Below the pieces are notes generated by a model. That model was not told the DNA's origin. It saw only the letters and a list, made by a program, of their open reading frames with translations, and ran no database searches. Position numbers and translations under genes: made by a program. From the NCBI GenBank assembly GCA_964486045.1, contig CAZALK010000003.1:192001-256000 (forward strand): a stretch of DNA of 64,000 bases. Direction: 5' to 3'. Below, piece after piece: positions 10,264 to 20,929 of the stretch; the stretch's first letter is position 1, and each line of letters starts with the position of its first letter. This DNA is from an uncultured archaeon. Lineage in GTDB: Archaea; Asgardarchaeota; Lokiarchaeia; Sigyniarchaeales; SOKP01.

Positions 10264-12144
10264 TTAGAACCATCCACCTACAGCCCCAACTCCCACAACG
10301 TTAGAAATAACAACTGAGAAAAACAGTTGGATTATGTCAAAAGAGCATAGCAAGACAAAACTGAAAGCCCTTGTTTTTTCATAAATAATCGTATTAAAGA
10401 CTGTTGTAATTAAGAGAATAAAGTAAATAAATAACACAGAAGGTAAATATGAAATCCCCATGGTTATCAACATTAAATTGGCATATATGATAATCGCACA
10501 AACTATTATAATTTTAGATTTTGAGGATTCTGATTTTACAAAATTCAATTGTGGATATAACACTTTTCTAAATAAAATCTCAAGGGAAAGATATACAGGG
10601 AATATTAATAGTGCTAACAATTGAGCATCCCAACTAGCTGGCCACATGAAAGCAAAAGGATAGGAATATGAAAAGATTAAATAGATACCAATAAAATAAA
10701 AAGAACTGAGTAGCGCAAATATTATATACTTAAATTTGAATTCTTTTATTAAAAATCTTTTTACTTCATTTGAGTTAAACTTTACTCTCTCATTTCTTAA
10801 TTTTATAAAGTAGAGTAAGGTATGGATAAGTACATAAATACTACAGAAAATAAGAGAAGAATATAAAATTCCTATTACGCCAAAGTAATAAGCGAAAACT
10901 TGCCAATTAATAATAAAAAAGGCTGAGAATAGTATTATAGCGCTTATTTTTACTGGTTTTTTAATCTTTGATATTAAATTAATATCAAGCATTAGTAGTT
11001 GTCTATGGGATTTTTTTTCTTTGGTGAAAAAAATTGAAGAATAAGAGATTAGAGTTAAAATTATTATAACTAATATAATCAAGTTAGTGAAAATGAGAAT
11101 GTAATTCCATATATATGATAAATAGATGGGACCATTAATCGTTTCAGATTTAAAAAAATTCAATTCAAACCAATTAATTGTTTTAAAAAGAACAACGTCT
11201 GAATACAGCTGATGCCCACCACCTAATAATGGACCTGTTACATTTATCACAGAACAATCTGTTAATTCTTGAGCTTTCAACGCATTCTCTGTAAAATTTA
11301 GAATTTCATCGTTCACATGCATTATAATAAGAAGATTGAAAGAGTTTGTTTCATTTATCAAGTTGACAGGGATGTAATTTTCAAATTGTACATTCGCTTT
11401 AAATCCAAATAAAGGGGGCACAAAATTAACTAAAGGGGCCCACGCTACAGTAACATTAAATCGAGGATCTAAGGCTTGATTCATAAGAACAACCATACCC
11501 CCAAGTGAGTGACCTACTAATCCAACTTGAGATGTATTTACATCATTAATATAAAATGACATAGTTTCCAGTTTATCTAATAATTTAGAACAATCTTGAG
11601 CAAGTCCCGGAATATTTGTTGTGCTATCTATTTTGTTAATGTTTCCACTGCTTTCCCCATGTCCCTGATAATCAAGAGCAGCTACATAAAAACCTCTTTT
11701 CGTAAATTCTATAGGGATCCTTAAATCAAAGTCGCGTTTACTCCCAATTCCGTGGGCATAGATAATCAGAGGTTTTTTTTCTTGATTAGAAAGAGATTTC
11801 GCTGGATAAAATAAATTTGCATAAAGGGTAGATCCCGCAGAATTAAACTGAATTCGCTCATATTTATTGTAGCTTATAGATCTATTAAGATTTAGAAATA
11901 CTAAGGATAAGGTTATTAGAATAAGCAGGACAATAAATTTTTTAAAATAGGGATATTCTTTTTTTGTTATCTGATCTGTGAAAAAAGCTCTAAGTTTTGG
12001 TTTTGATTTATTCTTAAGAATTTTCCACCCTTTCTTGAGATTTTCTATTATTTTATCGATTCTTTTTAGCTCTGATGACTCTTGTGTCTCTGATGATTCT
12101 GGTGACCTTGATGACTCTGGTGACCCCGATGACTCTTCGTTCAT
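10264..12144 (-). CDS. membrane-anchored alpha/beta hydrolase
   Basis: HGIG, DYQGHGES, GHSLGG nucleophile elbow; C-terminal TM bundle. Confidence 0.85.
   Translation of the reverse strand: MNEESSGSPESSRSPESSETQESSELKRIDKIIENLKKGWKILKNKSKPKLRAFFTDQITKKEYPYFKKFIVLLILITLSLVFLNLNRSISYNKYERIQFNSAGSTLYANLFYPAKSLSNQEKKPLIIYAHGIGSKRDFDLRIPIEFTKRGFYVAALDYQGHGESSGNINKIDSTTNIPGLAQDCSKLLDKLETMSFYINDVNTSQVGLVGHSLGGMVVLMNQALDPRFNVTVAWAPLVNFVPPLFGFKANVQFENYIPVNLINETNSFNLLIIMHVNDEILNFTENALKAQELTDCSVINVTGPLLGGGHQLYSDVVLFKTINWFELNFFKSETINGPIYLSYIWNYILIFTNLIILVIIILTLISYSSIFFTKEKKSHRQLLMLDINLISKIKKPVKISAIILFSAFFIINWQVFAYYFGVIGILYSSLIFCSIYVLIHTLLYFIKLRNERVKFNSNEVKRFLIKEFKFKYIIFALLSSFYFIGIYLIFSYSYPFAFMWPASWDAQLLALLIFPVYLSLEILFRKVLYPQLNFVKSESSKSKIIIVCAIIIYANLMLITMGISYLPSVLFIYFILLITTVFNTIIYEKTRAFSFVLLCSFDIIQLFFSVVISNVVGVGAVGGWF
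12071..12142. repeat. 4 x 18-bp tandem repeat encoding (x)ESS(x)(x) units at the hydrolase N-terminus
   Basis: tctgatgactcttgtgtc / tctgatgattctggtgac / cttgatgactctggtgac / cccgatgactcttcgttc. Confidence 0.85.
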
Positions 12145-12358
12145 TTTTTTATTGGTATCTCTATTTTAAAATCGATTTTGGGTGTATTTTTCAAGGTATT
12201 TAATAGAAATTCGTCTTATAAGTTTAAATAGTTACATTTTTTAACTTCTCAGAAGAAACTTTTAAATGCTTAGAGACAATCGAATGAAAAATTAAAATCA
12301 AATCCTAGCCACAATAAGAAAAAAAAAAAGATTTAGCTTGGGTTTTTGGTTGAAGTTT

Positions 12359-13699
12359 TCATTTTTTTCTTGTTAGAAACGCAAGTAATAGATGTACTCC
12401 CAATCCAAATCCCCATCCTCCTAACGCAATTGCACTCCACAGTAGTGTAGGGGTAAATAATATGTTAGTGACCACTAATAGAGGTATACCTCCGATATAC
12501 GCAGCACTATGAAGTACAGCTGTCCACATTAGAAAAGCGTTTATTTGTTTTAGTGCAATAAAATACATAGCCCCATGAACCAATAAGCCGATCAACCATC
12601 CGAATGCGACGATACTCAAGAAAGAAGTAAAATCTATTGTCAGAGGAGGTGGTATAAATGCTATAATATCATTAACTAAGGGAGATATGAGGATAACTCC
12701 AAGGATATAGGCAAATATATGAGCTATGAATGTAAACCGCCAAAATAATAGCCAATACGTCAACCTTTGATATTTATATTCTTCAAGTCCTTCTCGGGAT
12801 CGTCCCTTAACTTTTTCAAGAGCACTTGGATTTATAGAATCCCATTTTAGGGTAACAAAAATATGGATTCCTATAAAAAAAAGCCATAAAATGACAGGGA
12901 TGTGCCACCAGAATAATGTTTGACCTGGAGATAGTTGTTCCCAAAGACCGATGAAGATAAGTCCTACGTATGCTATAATGTGGAGAATTAAGCCTTTCAT
13001 TACTATCGTTAATTTCTCGTTGTAATTAAAAAGATAGTATGCTAAAATATGCAAACCCAGAAAAAGTGTCCATCCTATTGTAGTTTGAAGTACATTCTCA
13101 ATTGTAAGGCTAAAGATTATCCAAATTTGAGTTACATATGTTAAAACGGCAATTACAACGAAGTACGTAATATGCATTAATAATATTTCGATTCCTAGAA
13201 GCTTTGAAGATGCAAATTCTTTTAATCTTTCATCCGAATAATCAGGGTGTTTTTCACGTATTTTAGTTTTTTGAGCTTCTAAAGCCTTATCCCAAGTAAA
13301 GAAACCAAATGCATGGAAAGCGAAAGCAATACCCCAACCTCCTAACGGCCATATAAACCATATCAAGTTAGGGGTCGTTATTAAATCAAGAATCAAAAGG
13401 AAAATGTTTATACTACCATAGAACCAAGCGTGAAAAATGAAAGCTATTTTGAACCCAGATTCTTTTCTTAATTCTGACAAGTATTTGACTTTATCGTTAT
13501 ACATTAGCCAAACCAGCGCGTGAAAACCAATCCCAAATCCCCAACCGAAAATAGGAAAGAAAGGAATAAAACCAGTGTCTGGTGGAAGTAATGGTATCGA
13601 CACCGCCCAAATCAAGATAAGTAATAGATTTACCCCTACGTAGGCAAAGAGATGGATAAAAAACAAAATTCGATTTGATAATATCTTTGTTAAACTCAT
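12359..13699 (-). CDS. membrane protein with repeated 2TM domains
   Basis: Repeated H..(A/F)Y..VN..L and WP..GWG.G...H units. Confidence 0.8.
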   Translation of the reverse strand: MSLTKILSNRILFFIHLFAYVGVNLLLILIWAVSIPLLPPDTGFIPFFPIFGWGFGIGFHALVWLMYNDKVKYLSELRKESGFKIAFIFHAWFYGSINIFLLILDLITTPNLIWFIWPLGGWGIAFAFHAFGFFTWDKALEAQKTKIREKHPDYSDERLKEFASSKLLGIEILLMHITYFVVIAVLTYVTQIWIIFSLTIENVLQTTIGWTLFLGLHILAYYLFNYNEKLTIVMKGLILHIIAYVGLIFIGLWEQLSPGQTLFWWHIPVILWLFFIGIHIFVTLKWDSINPSALEKVKGRSREGLEEYKYQRLTYWLLFWRFTFIAHIFAYILGVILISPLVNDIIAFIPPPLTIDFTSFLSIVAFGWLIGLLVHGAMYFIALKQINAFLMWTAVLHSAAYIGGIPLLVVTNILFTPTLLWSAIALGGWGFGLGVHLLLAFLTRKK

Positions 13700-13855
13700 A
13701 ATATTCAGTTTTTTTTATTTATATTCAAAGAGATCTTTAGATTTTATAAAGATCGTTGGTTACATGTCTTTTCTTTTGTTTAAAAACTTTTAACTATTTA
13801 TTATTAAAAAAAAAATAAGTTAGTGTGTGGTTGGCTCTTTTTATGACTGAAAATA

Positions 13856-14605
13856 TCACCTATTCAATAGAGTTTTCATATCGTTAAGGATAAAATTGAT
13901 CTCAGCATCAAATTTTTTTACTTGATCAATAAATAGATTATTTACTTGAATTAGTTGGGATACGGCAAACTCAGGAGATTGGGAAATTTGTTTTGCCATT
14001 TTTATTGCCTCATCCAGAGCTTCTCCTTTCTCAACAAGTTTATTTAATATATTCAGTCTATAAGCCTCTTCAGAAGTAATATAGGTTTCTCGCGTTCCGG
14101 TATTTAAAACAAGTTCAAGTGCTTTTCCACGACCCACCAAAGTTAAATAAGGATAAAATAAAGGACAAGCCCCGAATCGTATCTCAGGGTGTCCAAATAA
14201 CGATCCTTTTGATGCCACTCGTAAATGGCAAATAGCTGCAAGATCAAAAGCCCCGGCTAATGCATATCCATTTATGGCTGCGATTAGTAGTTTTGGATAA
14301 TCAAAGATAGTCTGATGGAAAAGATGATTGGAATCAACAAACTTTTGGTAATCCCCCTCTCCTTGGATTACAGCCTGAACTTCATCCCTATCAAATCCCG
14401 CTGAAAAGAAATCTTCCCCTCCATAGAAAATTATTGCTTTTATTCTTTTTTCATCCTTTAAAGCCATTAGTGCGTCAAGTATTTCCGTTCTCATTGCTTC
14501 ACTAAATGCATTTTTCTTTTCTGGTCTATTAAATTTTAAAATAGCGACCTTACCTTTTCTTTCAATTATAATAAACTGATAGGTTTGCTTTTCTATTTTT
14601 TTCAC
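13856..14605 (-). CDS. enoyl-CoA hydratase/isomerase family
   Basis: FNRPEKKNA, FSAGFD, IAAINGYALAGA, GHPEIRFG. Confidence 0.92.
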   Translation of the reverse strand: MKKIEKQTYQFIIIERKGKVAILKFNRPEKKNAFSEAMRTEILDALMALKDEKRIKAIIFYGGEDFFSAGFDRDEVQAVIQGEGDYQKFVDSNHLFHQTIFDYPKLLIAAINGYALAGAFDLAAICHLRVASKGSLFGHPEIRFGACPLFYPYLTLVGRGKALELVLNTGTRETYITSEEAYRLNILNKLVEKGEALDEAIKMAKQISQSPEFAVSQLIQVNNLFIDQVKKFDAEINFILNDMKTLLNR

Positions 14606-14716
14606 CTCAAAAATTAAAAACTCATTAATTAAGATTTAGTCAAAACAACTTAAATGTCTTTTAGAATATAACAAGAAAAGTTAAAGTTAGAAATAATAAT
14701 TTATATATATATTTTA

Positions 14717-15139
14717 ATACTAGAACGAGGAGATACCGGATGTTTTCTATGTACTGCCTACATCGAAAATTACTTCGAAATATTTTGTGATGAAGATGAA
14801 ACGCTTAAAATTGGAAGCTTTTCAGAAGAATATGAATATATCGTTATTATCCATTGTTTGATCAGTGAGAAAGCTAAAGCAAAATACTATGATTTAAGAA
14901 AAAAGCGAATAAGAGAATATAAAGATCAAATTCAATGGCTCAGTGTTTATCATAATACCTATAACACAAATGAGTTTACCGCATATATGGGATTTTTAAA
15001 TGAGGATGAGTTTAAGAACGTCAAGAAACCTGATGAGTTCTTTTTGGAAGAATATTTATTTACCGGCTTGAGAAATCCTCTTGGTATGTCTTATATTGCC
15101 AGTTACAATCAATTTATTTGTAAATCAATTAGATTTTAA
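14717..15139 (+). CDS. hypothetical protein, start uncertain
   Basis: The frame of the 14858 ORF stays open upstream (ILERGDTGCFLCTAY...) with no ATG/GTG/TTG. ATA at 14717 is a possible start. Confidence 0.45.
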   Translation: MLERGDTGCFLCTAYIENYFEIFCDEDETLKIGSFSEEYEYIVIIHCLISEKAKAKYYDLRKKRIREYKDQIQWLSVYHNTYNTNEFTAYMGFLNEDEFKNVKKPDEFFLEEYLFTGLRNPLGMSYIASYNQFICKSIRF

Positions 15140-15150
15140 AAAAAATTATA

Positions 15151-15393
15151 ATGAGACCTCCCATATGCTGTATTTGTGATAAGAAGCTAGTAGATCTGGA
15201 TGAAGGCGGTTTGATATACTTTAAAAAACGCCTTTCTGATAAAGAATGGGAAAGAAAAATGAAAGAAATTGGAGGGGTAGGGCATCCACCATATGCAGAA
15301 TGGTTCTGTAAAAAGCATTATGAGAGAGCTAATAAATTGAGTCACTTAACTATTGATGTTGCTCTAAAAATTTTATCGTCCGAGACAACTTGA
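15151..15393 (+). CDS. small putative zinc-binding protein
   Basis: MRPPICCIC and GHPPYAEWFCKKH. Confidence 0.7.
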   Translation: MRPPICCICDKKLVDLDEGGLIYFKKRLSDKEWERKMKEIGGVGHPPYAEWFCKKHYERANKLSHLTIDVALKILSSETT

Positions 15394-15435
15394 TTAGTTT
15401 TACTCGTTTCCACAAAAAAAAATTGAAGATTATTC

Positions 15436-15750
15436 ATGTTTTGCGAGAATTGTGGTGTAGAGATAAGGAATCCAAATCAACCATTTTGTTTGAAATGTAG
15501 AAATTCATTGATAAAAGGTGAGGAGGAATTACAAGAATTATTAGATTCAGGTAACGTACGAATATTTGTAGATGGTGCTAGACATCGAGTTTGGATTTGG
15601 AAGGGAAGTAACATTGTTGCCCGAAAGAAATTTAAGAGTTTTAAGATCGCACCTAGCATTCGAGATAGACAGGGAATTAGATATGAAATAGTCTCTGTCA
15701 ATGAGGGTAATGAACCTTCTGAATTTTTGGAATTCATACAAGGAAAATAG
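15436..15750 (+). CDS. zinc-ribbon + single gelsolin-like domain protein
   Basis: N-terminal CENC/CLKC, then IFVD...RVWIWKGS...KF...IRD...VNEGNEPSEF, typical of Loki one-domain gelsolins. Confidence 0.72.
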   Translation: MFCENCGVEIRNPNQPFCLKCRNSLIKGEEELQELLDSGNVRIFVDGARHRVWIWKGSNIVARKKFKSFKIAPSIRDRQGIRYEIVSVNEGNEPSEFLEFIQGK

Positions 15751-15823
15751 TTGCCCACTCATAAAGTTATATATTGATATTAATGTAGATGATAAATATA
15801 TAAAATTAAGTGACCATAATATA

Positions 15824-18589
15824 TCAATCAATTATAGTAGCTGATTCTGTCTTTTCAGGACTTTTTCTAAGTTCCTCAGTGTTTACTCTCTCTAGGAAGT
15901 AAGGATCTATAATTTTTGAGATTTGTTTAAAGTCGTAATGTTTAGCATCAATGGCTTTTAATCGACAAACTGATGAGCATTTTCCGCATCCTTTACAGAG
16001 AGCTGAATTGATGACAGCTTTTTTAATAGGTAAGCTAACATCTTCATAATTTCTTTCAGCATCTACAAGATCAATGGCATTGAAAGCACAAACTTCTTCG
16101 CATCTCCCACAACCATTACATTTATCGGGATTAACGATTAAGTCCTTGAAAAAGCATTCTATTGATAGTAGAGATGATAAGTACTCTAACTTTGTTGTAG
16201 ATATTTGTTTTCGGCTTAAAAATCTGCTTGCTCTTCCAGCAGCCCCTTTTGCTTGAGCTATTGAATCTTGTATATTCTTTGGAAACTCGGCACTACCACA
16301 AATGAAAACTCCATTAGTCACAAAATCTAGCGGTCTCAATTTCTCATGGGCTTCAGGAAAAAAGCCATTTTCATCCAACGGAACATCTAACATTTCGGCT
16401 AATTCTATTAAATTTGGAGAAGGAACTAAAGGAGTAGCTAATACAATGAGATCGGTTTCATGATCAATTAGATTATTTAAATCGTCACGTACTTTTATAT
16501 GATACTTTTCGGGGATTTTGGTAACCTGAGTTATTTCGGGAATATTATCTAAATTATACCTTAAGCAATTCGCAATTGTGTTCTGTTCATTAAAGATATC
16601 TTCGAATTCTGTTTTCACGGTATGAAGATCTCTGTAAAATACAAGCATTTCTAGCTCAGGTTTTAATTCTTTTAGGAGATTTATGTTCTTCAAAGCATTG
16701 GTGCAACACACATTAGAACAATATGGCAATCCATCCATTTGTCTTGAGTTAACACACAAAATAGTTGTAATATGATAAATTTTATCAAGCCAAGATCGAT
16801 CTTCATTTTTTAATTTTTGTTCTAACTCTAATAACGTTATTACATTCTGGTTTTCTTCATTATATTGAAATAACCGTTTTGGCTTAAATTCTTGACTTCC
16901 CGTTGCTACTATAATAACTCCAATATTTAAACTTTGAAGCTTTCCATCGTTATTTCCGGTTTTTACTAAATAATTTCCAATACTTCCATTAATTTCTCTA
17001 ACCTGGGAATTTAACAAAACATGAATCTTTTTACAATCTTCAATTTCTTTGATTATATCGTTTAAAAACTCAGATGCTTTTTGTTGGGTAGGAGATATTA
17101 TGTTCACATCATTTAACATTCCCCCAAGAATCTTTTGTTTTTCTACAATATATGTTTCAAAACCTTGTTTGCTTATATTTAGAGCTGTCGTCATCCCTGA
17201 AACGCCACCACCTATTATTAAAGCAGAAGGTGTAATATCTATTATATTTTCTTTTGGTAATATATCAATTTCTCGTTCTTTAATTTGAGAATATTTAGCA
17301 GAGGGTAATAAAGCAGCAATTTGCCCTGCAACTCCACTTGCATTAACTACTGTTTCAGAAATATTCATTGGGCCCTTACACAAACCAGATAAGAAGATTC
17401 CATCTCTTGAGGATAAAGAATTATTAGAGTAAGATCTCTCCTTAAAAAAATTGTAGTTATTTAATTCAATCCCTAAGATTTTAGCTAAATCTTTTGAACC
17501 ATTAGAAGGAATCAATGGAGCAGAGAGCACTACTAAGTTTGCTCGAAAGTTTTTTGATTGCCCTGCTTTTAAATCATCGTAATGGATAATTAAATCATTT
17601 GTTTCCTCATCTTCTTCAATTTCCCTAATTAAAGAATGAACAAATTCAATTTCGTAATCATCATGGGCATTTTTAGTATACTCATAGAAGTTTTTTCCAA
17701 AAACTCTGATATTGTGACGGAATACCGTTATCTCTGAGTTTTCAGCGCTTATTTTTGTATTAACTGCGTTTTTTGTGGTATACATACAACACACGCGAGA
17801 ACAATAGGGAGCAGCTTCCTCTGACATAATACATGAGATAAATGCAATTTTTTTAGGTTCTTCTTCGTCGCTAGGCCTTAAAATATGTCCTCCAAAAGGA
17901 CCTGAGGGACTTATTATTCTTTCGTACTCCAAAGCGTTGACAACATTTTTAAATTGATAACCCCATTTTGATGATAATTCCTCACCAAGCATTTCAAATC
18001 CAGTAGAAACCACAATTGCTCCTACATTCAACTCAATTTCTTGGGATTCTTGTTCGAAATCGATAGCTCCGGAATTTCCAGCCTTACAGACTTTTTTGCA
18101 CACTCCACACACATTTCTTTGTAAATACAGACATAAATCAGGATCTATTAGATACACAGGGGGAGTTGCTTGTGGGAAGGGTATATATGCTGATTTTCTT
18201 TTTCCCAGATTCATATCAAATAGATTTGGTACTTGAATTTTAGGGCATTTTGCTGCACAGTCTCCGCATCCCCTACATAGTGCCTCGTCTACATAGCGTG
18301 GCTTTTTGAGAATTTTTACTGTGAAATTACCAACTTCTCCGGTAACTTCCTGAAGTTCACTCAAAGTTAACAGTTCAATATCTGGGTTCCTATGAACGGC
18401 CACCATTTTAGGTGCAAGAACACACAAACTACAATCATTCGCAGGGAATAATTTATCAAATTGCGCCATTCTACCTCCGATTGATGGTTCTTTTTCTATC
18501 AAATAGACTTTAAATCCTAATTCCGTTAAATCTAGGGATGATTGAATACCCGCGATTCCTCCACCAATAACTAATACAGATCCTTCCAT
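15824..18589 (-). CDS. hdrA: heterodisulfide reductase subunit A-like flavoprotein (double FAD domain, Cys form)
   Basis: Two GGG(I/V)xG FAD motifs, FPANDCSLC, ferredoxin motifs, YCSRVCC, EAHEKLRPLD. Confidence 0.92.
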   Translation of the reverse strand: MEGSVLVIGGGIAGIQSSLDLTELGFKVYLIEKEPSIGGRMAQFDKLFPANDCSLCVLAPKMVAVHRNPDIELLTLSELQEVTGEVGNFTVKILKKPRYVDEALCRGCGDCAAKCPKIQVPNLFDMNLGKRKSAYIPFPQATPPVYLIDPDLCLYLQRNVCGVCKKVCKAGNSGAIDFEQESQEIELNVGAIVVSTGFEMLGEELSSKWGYQFKNVVNALEYERIISPSGPFGGHILRPSDEEEPKKIAFISCIMSEEAAPYCSRVCCMYTTKNAVNTKISAENSEITVFRHNIRVFGKNFYEYTKNAHDDYEIEFVHSLIREIEEDEETNDLIIHYDDLKAGQSKNFRANLVVLSAPLIPSNGSKDLAKILGIELNNYNFFKERSYSNNSLSSRDGIFLSGLCKGPMNISETVVNASGVAGQIAALLPSAKYSQIKEREIDILPKENIIDITPSALIIGGGVSGMTTALNISKQGFETYIVEKQKILGGMLNDVNIISPTQQKASEFLNDIIKEIEDCKKIHVLLNSQVREINGSIGNYLVKTGNNDGKLQSLNIGVIIVATGSQEFKPKRLFQYNEENQNVITLLELEQKLKNEDRSWLDKIYHITTILCVNSRQMDGLPYCSNVCCTNALKNINLLKELKPELEMLVFYRDLHTVKTEFEDIFNEQNTIANCLRYNLDNIPEITQVTKIPEKYHIKVRDDLNNLIDHETDLIVLATPLVPSPNLIELAEMLDVPLDENGFFPEAHEKLRPLDFVTNGVFICGSAEFPKNIQDSIAQAKGAAGRASRFLSRKQISTTKLEYLSSLLSIECFFKDLIVNPDKCNGCGRCEEVCAFNAIDLVDAERNYEDVSLPIKKAVINSALCKGCGKCSSVCRLKAIDAKHYDFKQISKIIDPYFLERVNTEELRKSPEKTESATIID

Positions 18590-19004
18590 ATTATATTTTC
18601 CTCTATTAGTTCAATTTTGAAAAAAAGTTTAGATAATTTTTGCTATTCATAGTTATGTAAAATCATTAATTTAAATATTACTCTTTTAAAATGACGGAAT
18701 TTAAAAAAAGATTCTAGTTTTGCGATCCAGTCTGATAATTTCTACTATCATTTGAAGGGTTTCAGACATTATTATTTTTTATTTTACCGATCTCAGTAAA
18801 TATGCATGATAGTAATAACTTTGGTTAAATATGTGATGTATTTCTTACAAATTTGCTGATAAATTACTGTTATGGAGCAAAGCAGATTTAGAAGGTGATC
18901 ATTTTCCAACACTTACTACCCTTAAAATTTTGAATTTTCAGAAAAATTTTAACTTTACAGAAATAATATTACTTTGAAGTTTCGGTAAATTTTTTAATCC
19001 GAAA

Positions 19005-19262
19005 TTGCACAAATACTTTAGAAACAGCAAACAAAAGCAGGGATGTAACCCAAAAATGGATAAAAAATTAAAAGTTGCATTAATCTCTTTTGCGATTGGT
19101 ATGATTCTATTAATTTTCTTTTTCATATTACCATGGGGGCAACCATTTTTAGGTATAAAAGTAGTTTTGTTAATTTTTATGGTAATTTGCTTCTTTATAG
19201 CAATTTATATGATATTGGAAAAATTAGGTGTTGTTGAAGTATTAGATGATATATTTAACTAA
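19005..19262 (+). CDS. small 2-TM membrane protein (true start probably the internal MDKKLK ATG)
   Basis: Two hydrophobic helices. Confidence 0.55.
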   Translation: MHKYFRNSKQKQGCNPKMDKKLKVALISFAIGMILLIFFFILPWGQPFLGIKVVLLIFMVICFFIAIYMILEKLGVVEVLDDIFN

Positions 19263-19462
19263 AAAAAGTGTTAAAAATATAAATACCGCAATCATTCCAA
19301 ACAAAAATTTAGATCTTGGAACTCTTTTATACAATTGGAAATACACAAACCTAAAACGCATTTATTGGTGAACTTTTCACCAAATTTGTTGATAAAATGT
19401 GAAGAAATATTAAAAATATCTAATTAGTTATATTTGAACTAAATTTTGAATTTTTAAAATCT

Positions 19463-20185
19463 TCATTCAGTTGGCGATCTCACTTCAGCTTTAATAGTTT
19501 TAGATTTTTTCTTTTTTACATATATTATCCCGATAATTGATATGACTCCTATAAGACCAACAATTAATAGAATTAAAAGAATATTTATCGGTTCAGGAAG
19601 GTTTGGAACTGAAAATTTTATCATCTGCATATAAATATCGGAGTTTAAATTTCTCCGATCTTCCCATACTATGAATATGTTGTCTTCTGCATTCATTACC
19701 ATTTGCATATATCGCTGACTGTTGTTCGCATCAGATATAACCATCCCGTTCTCCTCCCAAAGTGAATCACCATTAGAATCAATTCGTTGAGCATAAATGT
19801 CTGAGTTACCATTTCTATCATCTTGCCATGTAATAATTGCGCCACCAGTTTCACTCGGGATAAGTTCAGCATCCCTTTGGTCTCCACTAGCGTTAGTCAG
19901 CTCTTTACCATTTAAACCCCATTTCAAGATGCCATTAGAATCGACATTTTGAAGGTAAATATCATAACTCGAACCACTTCTGCGGTCTTCCCAGGCGACA
20001 ATAACTCCTCCTGAATTATCAGTTATTAATTTCGGAGATTCTTCATCACTACTAAGATTTGTAATTTGGATATCATTTGTTGTCCACTCTTATGTAGCAA
20101 AAGCCTCTGTGTATAGCACAAACTCAGGAGAGAGAACTATTAAAATAATAATGGTAAAGCTAAATCGATTTCCTACTTTAATCAT
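19463..20185 (-). pseudogene. secreted/membrane-anchored repeat protein interrupted by TAA
   Basis: ATG 20185 and signal peptide, in-frame TAA at 20090-20092, then three W(E/Q)DxR..(S/Y)DIY repeats and a C-terminal TM with basic tail, all in one frame. Confidence 0.7.
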
Positions 20186-20231
20186 TGAATATCAGATAAT
20201 ACTTTATTGTTTATCTAAATGTTTGTGTTTA

Positions 20232-20681
20232 CTACGCTATAGGTCCTAATTTTTTTATTTGATCAGTAAATTCCGTGATTAAATCTGCAAAACGTTTACC
20301 TTCAGAAGCGCTTATCCACTCAAGCTTAACCCGTCTGCCGTCAATTCCTAGTTGTTGAATAATAATACTATGTAATCTTTTAAACCGTTCTTCTGTATAT
20401 TCATTTCCGGATATATAGTGACAATCTCCTATGTGACATCCAGAAATCAAGATTCCATCTGCTCCACTTTTTAAGGCCTTTATGATAAATGAGGGATCAA
20501 CCCTTCCTGAGCACATAACACGCACTATTCTCATATTAGGAGGATATTGAAATCGAGAAACTCCTGCTAAATCGGCTCCAGCATAAGAACACCAATTACA
20601 ACAAAACACGAGCAGCTCTGGTGACCAAATATTTTCTTCCATTTTGGAAGGTTTTTTATTAGATATATTAGAATTTGACAT
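20232..20681 (-). CDS. mvhD: MvhD/FlpD [2Fe-2S] hydrogenase iron-sulfur subunit (Cys form)
   Basis: FCCNWCSYAGAD, RVMCSGRVD, GCHIGDCHY, WISASEG. Confidence 0.95.
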   Translation of the reverse strand: MSNSNISNKKPSKMEENIWSPELLVFCCNWCSYAGADLAGVSRFQYPPNMRIVRVMCSGRVDPSFIIKALKSGADGILISGCHIGDCHYISGNEYTEERFKRLHSIIIQQLGIDGRRVKLEWISASEGKRFADLITEFTDQIKKLGPIA

Positions 20682-20929
20682 TGAGAGTCACATCAGCTTT
20701 AATATCTATTCATCTTGTTTTTAAATTAGTTTTTATTAATAAAAAGATTTATTTTTAATATTAATAGTAGTGTCAAGTATCTATTAAATTTATTTTTAGT
20801 TTCGGAATTAAGTAATCTTGCCTTTAAATTTAATTAATTCATCAATACTCATAGAATCTAAATCTTCGTAAGAAATATTAGAAGATCCAAAGAAATTAAT
20901 GAAATGAGTAGCGCTCTTTTGTTCAGATT

